A stretch of DNA of 63,919 nt, filler included, from Octopus bimaculoides (lineage: Eukaryota), in assembly GCF_001194135.2 (NCBI RefSeq). It is 6 parts of 6 records of this genome, joined end to end, with 100 filler letters (N's around TTAATTAATTAA, not from the genome) between each part and the next. Parts side by side here need not be neighbours in the genome. Positions count along the whole stretch, not along the records: positions 42,678 to 59,993 come from NC_069002.1; positions 60,094 to 62,177 come from NC_068989.1; positions 62,278 to 63,919 come from NC_069009.1; 3 more parts are not named here. One strand, given 5' to 3'. Shown here one piece after another: positions 53,349 through 63,919 of this stretch (positions are counted from its first letter, which is position 1; every line of letters starts with the position of its first letter). The position numbers were made by a program, and so were the translations under genes. Under the pieces are notes generated by a model. That model searched no databases and was not told the DNA's origin. It worked only from the letters and a program-made list of their open reading frames with translations.

Positions 53349-53585
53349 TAATAATGATGATGATAATGATTTCGAATTTTTGTCGCAGGGGCAGCTTGGG
53401 GAAGGAGATTATGTCGATTACATCGACCCCCAGTGTTTCACTGGTACTTAAATTTATCAACCCCGAAAGAATGAAAGACAAAGTCGACCTCGGCGGAATT
53501 TGAACTCAGGAACATAGCGACGGGCGAAAATACCGCTAAGCATTTCGCCCGGCGTGCTAACGATTCTGCCAAGCTCACCACCTCA
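51480..53585 (-). mobile_element. Cluster of 6-7 co-oriented SINE B copies separated by (AAT)n (51480-51645, 51740-51953, degraded 52250-52400, 52620-52820, 52874-53065, 53086-53300, 53372-53585)
   Basis: Most units show GCACAAGGCC...ATCGACCC...AAAGTCG.C...CCAGCTCGCC on the plus strand; the 51480 and 52250 copies are only partly recognisable. Confidence 0.85.
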
Positions 53586-53725
53586 AGGAATAATAACAAT
53601 AATAGTAATAATAATAACAATAATAATAATAATTACAAAAACAACAGTAATAACAATTACAAAAACATTGTAATTAATAACAGTAATTATAATAGTAACA
53701 GTGAAAATTGACGGAATATACTCAC

Positions 53726-54125
53726 TTTCTCGATAAAACTGAAAATAAGGATTTCTGTAGCGTCCTTGGAACCAGGGACAGTATGTTCCAATAATGTTTT
53801 TCTGCTGAAATGATGCAAAAGGTGGAAGTGATGCCGATAAAGATGAATCTTGGTACTCCATTCGGGTCATCATTGTTGGACTAACGCTAGGTTCTAACAA
53901 ATGGTGTTTGTCCTTGTTGTTCATGATGATTATGTTGTTGTTAATGCTGTTGATATTATGAATGTTGTTGTTGTTGATGATGTTGTTGTTGTTGTTGTTG
54001 TTGATGGTGTTGTTGGTGCCATCGTCTTTCGAGTTATTGCTTTTGTCTTCTTGGCCCAGTATCCTACTGATCGAAAACGACACCGAAGTGGGGTTCGGAC
54101 AATTTTCTGATTTGGGTTCCGACAT
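53726..54125 (-). CDS. First coding exon of an eh1-motif transcription factor (probably ANTP/NK-like homeobox; Tlx/C15 possible but not established)
   Basis: 133 codons plus 1 nt: MSEPKSENCPNPTSVSFSISRILG...poly-Asn...YCPWFQGRYRNPYFQFYRE, ending GAAA|GTGAGT (intron from 53725). FSISRIL fits the eh1 pattern F-S-I-x-x-I-L. No homeobox exon in the sequenced bases. Confidence 0.75.
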
Positions 54126-56568
54126 TTTGGTAGTTTTATTATTATTTTATTTTTTGTTGTTGTTGTTGTTGTTGTTGGTTAATTATCCGTACGCACAGGC
54201 TGATAGGGAGGTTTGGAAAGTTGGCGGGGCTCAAAGAACCACAAACAGAGAGAAACAAAAAATAAAGAAATTCCCCCTTCAAAACAACGTGATATATATA
54301 TATATATATATATNNNNNNNNNNNNNNNNNNNNNNNNNNNNNNNNNNNNNNNNNNNNNNNNNNNNNNNNNNNNNNNNNNNNNNNNNNNNNNNNNNNNNNN
54401 NNNNNNNNNNNNNNNNNNNNNNNNNNNNNNNNNNNNNNNNNNNNNNNNNNNNNNNNNNNNNNNNNNNNNNNNNNNNNNNNNNNNNNNNNNNNNNNNNNNN
54501 NNNNNNNNNNNNNNNNNNNNNNNNNNNNNNNNNNNNNNNNNNNNNNNNNNNNNNNNNNNNNNNNNNNNNNNNNNNNNNNNNNNNNNNNNNNNNNNNNNNN
54601 NNNNNNNNNNNNNNNNNNNNNNNNNNNNNNNNNNNNNNNNNNNNNNNNNNNNNNNNNNNNNNNNNNNNNNNNNNNNNNNNNNNNNNNNNNNNNNNNNNNN
54701 NNNNNNNNNNNNNNNNNNNNNNNNNNNNNNNNNNNNNNNNNNNNNNNNNNNNNNNNNNNNNNNNNNNNNNNNNNNNNNNNNNNNNNNNNNNNNNNNNNNN
54801 NNNNNNNNNNNNNNNNNNNNNNNNNNNNNNNNNNNNNNNNNNNNNNNNNNNNNNNNNNNNNNNNNNNNNNNNNNNNNNNNNNNNNNNNNNNNNNNNNNNN
54901 NNNNNNNNNNNNNNNNNNNNNNNNNNNNNNNNNNNNNNNNNNNNNNNNNNNNNGTTGCGACGGGTGACGGGTGTGGGAGGGAGAGGGATATACAATAGGT
55001 CTGGGAGGAACGTGTTACTTCGTTTTTTTTTTTCTATTGTGTTTTGTTGCTGCTCGGGGTGGATGGGTGGGTATGTGTTGGTAATTTTTTTTTTTTACAT
55101 CCGTACCTGCGTTGTGAGATACATAGTAATGATATTAATGATGAGGATGATGTCGATGATGATGATGATAATGATAATAATAATAATAACAATAATTATT
55201 AATAATAATAATGATAAACCTTTAGGTCACGTGAAAATTAACTGTGATTTTTGAATCACACACCTGCACACGAACACAAGAACACGCGCACATACGCAGA
55301 AAGGCTGATAGGCGAACACATCGTCCCGCTCATCATAAATCTTCATTTAAATAGGCGAATAGATATATAATTAAATAGGTATCTATATACATATTCATAT
55401 ACAAACACTCAAGTATCTATATGTTTATGTATATATATATATATATGTGTGTGTGTATGTGTAATATATATGTAATTATATAAATATTTGGTTGTCTCTA
55501 CAGATTTATAAAATGGCTCCCACACACACAAACATACATACGTACATACACACGTACGCACACTTTATATATAAATAATGTACTTTATATTTACATGTGA
55601 GTAATAACAATTATGTATATATATATATATATATATATGTTATATGTAGTTATATTGTTGGGAGGGGGGTAGAGTGTGGGGTGNNNNNNNNNNNNNNNNN
55701 NNNNNNNNNNNNNNNNNNNNNNNNNNNNNNNNNNNNNNNNNNNNNNNNNNNNNNNNNNNNNNNNNNNNNNNNNNNNNNNNNNNNNNNNNNNNNNNNNNNN
55801 NNNNNNNNNNNNNNNNNNNNNNNNNNNNNNNNNNNNNNNNNNNNNNNNNNNNNNNNNNNNNNNNNNNNNNNNNNNNNNNNNNNNNNNNNNNNNNNNNNNN
55901 NNNNNNNNNNNNNNNNNNNNNNNNNNNNNNNNNNNNNNNNNNNNNNNNNNNNNNNNNNNNNNNNNNNNNNNNNNNNNNNNNNNNNNNNNNNNNNNNNNNN
56001 NNNNNNNNNNNNNNNNNNNNNNNNNNNNNNNNNNNNNNNNNNNNNNNNNNNNNNNNNNNNNNNNNNNNNNNNNNNNNNNNNNNNNNNNNNNNNNNNNNNN
56101 NNNNNNNNNNNNNNNNNNNNNNNNNNNNNNNNNNNNNNNNNNNNNNNNNNNNNNNNNNNNNNNNNNNNNNNNNNNNNNNNNNNNNNNNNNNNNNNNNNNN
56201 NNNNNNNNNNNNNNNNNNNNNNNNNNNNNNNNNNNNNNNNNNNNNNNNNNNNNNNNNNNNNNNNNNNNNNNNNNNNNNNNNNNNNNNNNNNNNNNNNNNN
56301 NNNNNNNNNNNNNNNNNNNNNNNNNNNNNNNNNNNNNNNNNNNNNNNNNNNNNNNNNNNNNNNNNNNNNNNNNNNNNNNNNNNNNNNNNNNNNNNNNNNN
56401 NNNNNNNNNNNNNNNNNNNNNNNNNNNNNNNNNNNNNNNNNNNNNNNNNNNNNNNNNNNNNNNNNNNNNNNNNNNNNNNNNNNNNNNNNNNNNNNNNNNN
56501 NNNNNNNNNNNNNNNNNNNNNNNNNNNNNNNNNNNNNNNNNNNNNNNNNNNNNNNTATATATATACAT

Positions 56569-56603
<35 letters not shown>

Positions 56604-56689
56604 AATAGTGAGAGAGAGAGAGAGAGAGCGAGAGAAAGAGGAATAGAGAGAGTAACGATAAGAACAACAACAATAACCATAACCACAGC

Positions 56690-56748
<59 letters not shown>

Positions 56749-56844
56749 TCATGATGATGATGATGAAGATGATGAGGATGATGATGAAGACGACAAAATT
56801 GTCGTAACAGTAGCAGTAGCAGCAATAATTTTCAAAAACATCAC

Positions 56845-56890
<46 letters not shown>

Positions 56891-56987
56891 ACGCAAACAC
56901 ATATAGTACATTCAGCTAGACTGGATTATATTTCAGCAATACACGACTCACACATGCATGCACACACACACGCACACACACATGCAT

Positions 56988-57030
<43 letters not shown>

Positions 57031-57124
57031 CACATACCTGCAAACACATATACACACACACACACACACATACTACAGAAGCATATGCACTTACGTTCCG
57101 TGGAAGTAGAAGGAGAGAATGAGT

Positions 57125-57168
<44 letters not shown>

Positions 57169-57386
57169 GAGAGAGAATGGTAGGAGTAGTGGGAGAGGAA
57201 GAGTAGAGAGTGGAAGAGAGGGTAACAATTAAGAAGTGAGGTGAAAGGAGGAGAGAGAGAGGAGACACAAAGAGGGAGGGTAGAAGGGAGAGAGAAAGAG
57301 AGGGACGGAAAAGGTCATGTTAAGAATATAAGGGCTGAAATGAGCAATTTTGTATCTATCTATCTATCTACCTACCTAGCTACCTG

Positions 57387-57458
<72 letters not shown>

Positions 57459-58541
57459 CCTACCTACCTACCTACCTAGCTACCTGTCTTTCTATCTATC
57501 TTATTAAAAAAAAAATTTTTTTTATTTATTTTATTTATTTATTATTTTTTCTCCTTCCCCCTCCCAAAAAGAAAAGCTCTACATTGTATTTGTCCCATCT
57601 TCGTTGAGCCCTGTGTGGCTAATAAAAAAAATGTATCTATCTATTATTTATCTACCAATCTCTCTCTCTCTCTCTCTCTGTCTGTCTATCTGTCTGTCTG
57701 TCTGTCTATGTATGTATGTATGTATGTATGTATGTACGTATGTAGGTATCTATCTATCTATATATCTGCCTATCTATCTATTTATCTATCTGCCTGTCTG
57801 CATATCTGTCCGTCTGTCCGTCTGTCCGTCCGTCTGTCCGTCCGTCTGCCTGTCTGCCTGTCTGTCTGTCTGTCTGTCCGCCTATCAACTTATAGGCGCA
57901 CACATGGCTATATGGTTCAGAAAAGCTAGCTTTGCAGCCACGTGGTCCTTGTTTCAGCCTCACTGCGTGGCACTTTAGGGGCACTTTGCTGAAGTCCGTT
58001 GCATGTGTGCGTGTGCGTGTGTTTGTGTGCATCTATACATAGATGCACACAGATATGTATATCGTATACAGGTGAGTTATGTACGTAGATGTATGTGTAC
58101 CTGTACAAATATTGCCAAATTAGAAGCTCAGTTTGCTTGGCCCCGTTTCTTCCCTATTCTCCTCACACTGCCCTGATGTGATGCGATGCTCAAATTTCTG
58201 ATAGCTAGTTAGCTCTTCGGTATAAATTATCTATGTTAACCCTGGGTATGGATATGTAAGCATATTATGCTCATAGGATGCAGGTAATAACAGAATAAGA
58301 GTTTATCAGGAATCAAATTTAAAATAAGCAGGCATACAGTGATACATACGTAAATACGTCCAGGTATACATGCATACATACATTCATAGAAATGTGATTG
58401 ATTTGTAGGTAAACAATTTTTCGTTAAGTGCACATCCACAGGTATATGCATATATATATGTGTGTGTGTATGCGCTACAAGTATATGCTGTAAACGTCTG
58501 GGTGAGAGAGTGAGAGATAGAGAGATAGAGAGACGGCAGAG

Positions 58542-58572
<31 letters not shown>

Positions 58573-59093
58573 AGGCACACACACACACATACACACGTCT
58601 ATAATCGGTGTTAGTTAGCAATATTGGTGTCATACAGTCGACCTAGAAGCACCAATCAGCCAGTAAATAGTCGTACAGTTATCACCTCTCTTAACGACTT
58701 CGCTAATTACGAGCTTCAACAAAGCGATATATTTAGTTGACCATTCACCACCTCCTCCTCCTCTCTCTCTCTTTCTCTCTCTCTCTCTTTCTCTCTCTCT
58801 CCCTCTCTCTCTCTCTCTCCCTCTTGCTTTCTTTCTTCTCCTTTCTCTCTTTTCTTTCTCTTTCTGCTTCTTGTCGTTCGTTTTAATTTCCACAATTTCT
58901 CTCAGTCTCTCTCAACGTCTCTCTACCTGTGAGCCTGTGTAAGTGTATATGTCTGCATGTGTGCGTGCGTGCGTGCGTTTGCATGTATGTCTATATATAT
59001 GTCCATCTATACATATATATATCTATATATACATGTGCATGTGTGTGTGTATGTGTTTGTGTATCTGCGTTCATTAATATATACACGTACACA

Positions 59094-59140
<47 letters not shown>

Positions 59141-59154
59141 GTACATATGTATGA

Positions 59155-59185
<31 letters not shown>

Positions 59186-59324
59186 NNNNNNNNNNNNNNN
59201 NNNNNNNNNNNNNNNNNNNNNNNNNNNNNNNNNNNNNNNNNNNNNNNNNNNNNNNNNNNNNNNNNNNNNNNNNNNNNNNNNNNNNNNNNNNNNNNNNNNN
59301 NNNNNNNNNNNNNNNNNNNNNNNN

Positions 59325-59394
<70 letters not shown>

Positions 59395-60093
59395 CTTTCT
59401 TCTCTTACTTTCACTTTCAGTCTCCTCTTCCTCCAACTGTTCCCCTTCCGCTTCGCTCCAACTACTCCTCCTCCTTGCTGATCTACAAAACAATAAAATG
59501 CGTAATGCTATGCTCTCTCTCTCTCACCCCCTTCCTACCGCACCGCCGCCATATCTCACTCTCCTTCACCTTTTCCTTAGTTTCTCTACCCCTCTCTCTC
59601 TCTCACACACACTGTCTTCTCACTCACTCACCCTACCACTCCTTTAGTCACACCTAGACACTCTCTTACTATTTCCATACATCCACCCTTGGCACCTTCG
59701 GCCACTCGATCTCACCATTTAAACAACATCGTGATACTTACGAACTATTAAATCTATCTATGTTTGAGAGACTGTGTTTGAGTGTGCACCTGTATATATA
59801 TATATATATATATGCATACGCACGTATACACCTACACGCAGAAACACACATTCGAATATACATTACCTACACACATACCTACATACATATATGCATACAT
59901 ATACATACATATATACATTATATACAATACATATATGTATATGCAGAAATATCCAAACAGATATACATAATTGCATATATATATATATATATANNNNNNN
60001 NNNNNNNNNNNNNNNNNNNNNNNNNNNNNNNNNNNNNTTAATTAATTAANNNNNNNNNNNNNNNNNNNNNNNNNNNNNNNNNNNNNNNNNNNN

Positions 60094-60350
60094 TATCCTT
60101 AGCTAGGTATTTCTCCTGCAACTGTCTCACTAGAAATAAGGCATCAGTAGTGCTTTTACCTGGCACGAACCCAAACTGCATCTCATCTAAATTGATTCGC
60201 TCCCTAATTAGTTGGGCTATGACCCTCTCTGTAACTTTCATAACCTGATCTAACAGCTTGATGCCTCTGTAATTATTTGTATCTAAAGCGTCACCTTTAC
60301 CTTTGTAGCAGTTGACTATGATGCTGCTACACCAGTCATTGGGTATGACT

Positions 60351-60353
<3 letters not shown>
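60094..60353 (-). mobile_element. RTE-clade LINE reverse transcriptase fragment
   Basis: GVIPNDWCSSIIVNCYKGKGDALDTNNYRGIKLLDQVMKVTERVIAQLIRERINLDEMQFGFVPGKSTTDALFLVRQLQEKY. Confidence 0.92.
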
Positions 60354-60392
<39 letters not shown>

Positions 60393-60699
60393 CAACTATA
60401 ATACACAACTGCATTTGATTCTTCAAGTGCTTCAATTTTGTGTATGTACATATATTTACTAGATTACTGACATTTATCAATAGTTTTTCCCGTTGTGTTC
60501 ATGAGCCATTTTCTATCATTAACAAAATTGTTGACATATTTTACAAAACGGGTATGCTAGTATTATGTAATAAATGTATAAGTTTTCCTTTGATGCATAC
60601 ATAACTGATACGATGATGTAGACATAGAACCTGCATAATTGATGGGGGTGGCATACACACCAATGTGGTATATTAGTGTAAAGTAAATACTATAACACT

Positions 60700-61080
60700 A
60701 CCCACTTTTACATTGGATCACCAAACAATTCAGTGAACCAGAAAATTTCTACACCTAGGTACACATTTCTTAATGAAAAATAAAATTTTCAACTTCTTAA
60801 ACTGAATATATTTTCTCTCCAAATTCCCAGGAAATTAGCTATCAAATTAATTGGTCCATTCTGATCGCAGTGTTGGGATTTTTGGTGCTATGTAATAGCA
60901 CTTCATTCTGCTGTTTGTATAACTGACAGTACCAGAGTTTGGTACAAGTTCTATGATTTCCCAGATGTATATAATTGTGTGTCTTTTCCACTTTCATTCG
61001 AAGAAATAGAGTCTTAACTTTTTGAGTCTCTTCCAGTAGCTGATGCTTCACATTGAGACAGATCTTCGCTAAAAACTGCA
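60700..61080 (-). mobile_element. CR1/L2-group LINE C-terminal fragment, degenerate
   Basis: YWKRLKKLRLYFFE*KWKRHTIIYIWEIIELVPN resembles YWERL..L.LYSLERRRER..II..WKI..GLVPN. Confidence 0.65.
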
Positions 61081-61089
61081 GGTAGTAAG

Positions 61090-62035
61090 GCTAATTTCCT
61101 TTGGGGTGTTTAAACAAAATATTAGTAATATATAGTAGATAGAAGGATCCATTGGAGGGGACCTAATATCAATTTCTTTCAACAATCTAAGTATGTCATG
61201 AGGTTTCCAGACATGAGTTCTACTCACATGTCATATAAAGTATAAAAGTGATATTGTCTGCAAAAATTAGAAATTGGACACACAAAAAATCAATATTCAA
61301 AGTAATAGAACATAAACAATGAAACCTGTAAAATATTTCTAAATTCGATGGCTCAATTAGTTTCATGAAAATGTTGCATGAACTGTAAATAAGTAATAAA
61401 TATTATGATTTTTAAAATAAGTATAAGTGATACAGGGTGTCCCAACTGAATGTGGTGTGAAAATTTGGTTTCATTTTTTTAAACTTTTAAGCATTTGAAG
61501 TATGAGTTCATTGTATTGGGACACATTAAATATATTCTGGAATCAAAAATTTATGTAGTTTCATCAAAAAGTTTTAACTGGAAATATGCAGAATTATTGG
61601 AGTTATGGGCATTGACAGTGTACATACATCAAGAAAGTGCAATAATAAGGTTTAGCAGTTGAGAACTGTGAGTAGTGAAATGCAGAATTAGGTCTGCTGA
61701 TCATGAGAATCAAATACTGATTGCTTCGCTAAAAACTAACAAGTGCAGGTGTTATGGGTTATTTCCCTTGAGTGCTTAAAAAAAATGTGCAGGTGCTATG
61801 GGATATTTTTCTTGGGTGTTTTAAAAAAATTAGATATATGAGGTAGATATAAAGATCCCTTCCAGGGGCCATATTATTGATTTTTTCAACAATGTAAGTA
61901 TGTCATTAGTTTTCCAGACATGAATTCTACTCACGTGTCAAGTTTCATCAAAATCAATAAAACGATGTAGGAGTTAACAAACAATGCCACAAACAAACAC
62001 ACCCCAATTTTCCATATATGTAGTAGCTATAGATA
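61090..62035 (+). mobile_element. Two related non-coding repeat units (61146-61230, 61853-62030), possibly Helentron-associated (HINE-like)
   Basis: Shared TTTCAACAAT.TAAGTATGTCAT..GTTTCCAGACATGA.TTCTACTCAC.TGTCA; the second continues AAGTTTCATCAAAATC...GTAGGAGTTA...CAAACAAAC. Confidence 0.4.
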
Positions 62036-62146
62036 TGTATACATATATGCATGGATATTTATACATGTATATTTATACATATATGTTGTGGTATATATAG
62101 GAGAGAGAGAGACGTGTAGGTATATATATGGAGAGATGTATATCTA

Positions 62147-62177
<31 letters not shown>

Positions 62178-62283
62178 NNNNNNNNNNNNNNNNNNNNNNN
62201 NNNNNNNNNNNNNNNNNNNNNTTAATTAATTAANNNNNNNNNNNNNNNNNNNNNNNNNNNNNNNNNNNNNNNNNNNNTATATC

Positions 62284-63474
62284 CGCATACACACGTGCGC
62301 AAAAGGGTCCATCGATATACGCACGTGCTCAAGAAAAAATACAGGGCTAAAAGCAAAATACAGAAAAAAGTGTGCAAAAACTATAAGGGCAAAACATGTC
62401 TATACTTGCATGCACGCACATACATCTATATACGCACATAAGTTTCCATGTTCGCATCTATAGACGCACAGGAAAAAAGCGGAGTGGAAGGGAGAATACA
62501 GAAAAAAAATGTGTGAAAAATATACAAAATAATATCTCTATAAATATGTAAAAAAAATATATATGAAATCTAAGTAAAAAGTATAGAGAGATAAAAAAAA
62601 CTTGTGTACATAGACACAAAATAGAAAGCAAGTCCTCTCAGTAATCTCGGGGAGACCAAAAACGTAGTAAATATTTAGCCACATGTGGACATGATCTGAA
62701 AAGTTCAGTTCTTGAATTTAGACATGTGGTAGGGTCTAAGCTGCCTTTCCAGATGAGCCATCTTTCCATATCACATAGACCGCACTTTCCACTGTCGTTG
62801 GTGTAGGGTTTACACTTGGCTAAGATCTTCCAATGGATGTTGTAACTGACACCTTTATCAAGTGTAAACCTTACACCAATGGCAGCGGAAAGTGCGGTCT
62901 ATGTGATATGGAAAGATGGCTCATCTGGAAAGGCAGCTTAGACCCTGCCACATGTCTAAATTCAAGAACTGAACTTTTCAGATCATGTCCACATGTGGCT
63001 AAATATTTACTACGTTTTTGGTCCCCCCGAGATTACTGAGAGGACTTGCTTTCTATTTTGTGTCTATGTACACAAGTTTTTTTTTATCTCTCTATACTTT
63101 TTACTTAGATTTCATATATATTTTTTTACATATTTATAGAGATATTGTTTTATATATTTGTCACACATTTTTTTTCTGTATTCTCCCTTCCACCCTGCTT
63201 CTTTCCTGTGCGCCTATAGATGCGTACATGGAACCTTATGTGTGCGCTTGTGGATGTGTGCAGGTACATGCAAGTATAGATGCGTTTTGCCCTTAAAGCT
63301 TTTTCACACTTTTTTCTGTATTTTGCTTTTAGCCCTATATTTTTTCTTGCGCATGTGCGTATATTGACATGTGTATTGACTTTTTTGCGCACGTGTGTAT
63401 GGGTGCGAGTGTGTTGCATGTACGTGTGTGTGCGTGTATGCGGGTATATACATGTGTGCGTGTATGCGGGTATA

Positions 63475-63509
<35 letters not shown>

Positions 63510-63800
63510 TTGGTGAATGTGTGGGTGAGCATGTCTGTGTTTCAAGTGAGGGTGGATGACTATATGCATCTAGGCACATGTACGGATTGGTGTGCTTACA
63601 CGAATACTATGAACTTTTTTACTCCCTCCCCTTACTTAGCGGTCATTCTAATAGCTCTTTTGTCTTAATAACGGTCAATCACACAGTAATTTTGCTTTGT
63701 TTAACGGTCATTATCATTGGAATTTTCAATGGCCAGATAACTGAAGAGATGGCGGCGTGGGTCCCCCCCCTCCGGCATCCAAAACTCAGAGTTTTATCAT
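62284..63800. mobile_element. Head-to-head Naiad-type PLE structure: inverted arms 62284-62818 and 62859-63401, 40-nt spacer, right arm continuing to a hammerhead motif
   Basis: Both arms encode KCKPYTN.SGKCGLCDMERWLIW...CLNSRTELFRSCPH (GIY-YIG C-terminus) pointing outward; the spacer continues the left-arm ORF (DKGVSYNIHWKILA). Confidence 0.88.
63736..63798 (+). ncRNA. Type I hammerhead ribozyme motif of the PLE pLTR, core probably mutated
   Basis: GATAA-CTGAAGA-GATG...CATC-C-AAAA-C-TCAGA-GT-T-TTATC: stem I GATAA/TTATC, CUGANGA core, stem II GATG/CATC, short stem III; canonical CGAAA reads CAAAA. Confidence 0.7.
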
Positions 63801-63830
63801 GGCTACCGAAATATTGTCACATATTTTTAC

Positions 63831-63867
<37 letters not shown>

Positions 63868-63919
63868 TATACATAAATGTTATATATATATATATTATAT
63901 GTATATATAAATGTTATAT

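Noticed and set aside
53755-53775. WFQGRYR in the eh1 exon as homeodomain helix 3
   Set aside because: No helix 1/2 residues precede it and the invariant Asn is absent
61431-61535. TACAGGGTGTCCCAA...TTGGGACAC as a Tc1-type MITE
   Set aside because: Only 9 bp of inverted match and no matching TA terminus

Overview
AT-rich, microsatellite-saturated animal genomic DNA, probably a coleoid cephalopod (Octopus-type) draft assembly; this is inferred from the repeat landscape, not from a search. About 10 kb is N, spread over roughly 25 gaps, five of which are 100-bp spacers carrying an artificial TTAATTAATTAA linker. Most supplied ORFs are microsatellite or N artefacts. The best host-gene signal is a minus-strand coding exon (54125-53726) with an eh1 motif (FSISRIL), an Asn-rich tract and a phase-1 GTGAGT donor, typical of exon 1 of a Groucho-recruiting, probably NK-like homeobox, transcription factor. 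Its DNA-binding exon is not visible. A second candidate ATG exon (296-224, minus) also ends in a phase-1 GTGAGT donor. The rest is decayed mobile DNA: several tRNA-derived SINE families, three mariner-type remnants, R4/Dong-, HERO-, RTE-, CR1- and Tx1-like LINE pieces, and four Penelope-like element (PLE) pieces. Highlights are a ~540-bp-arm head-to-head Naiad-type PLE palindrome ending in a hammerhead-ribozyme motif, a pre-miRNA-like hairpin in unique DNA, LINE fragments that sit in specific microsatellites, and a possible pair of alternative first exons 54 kb apart.
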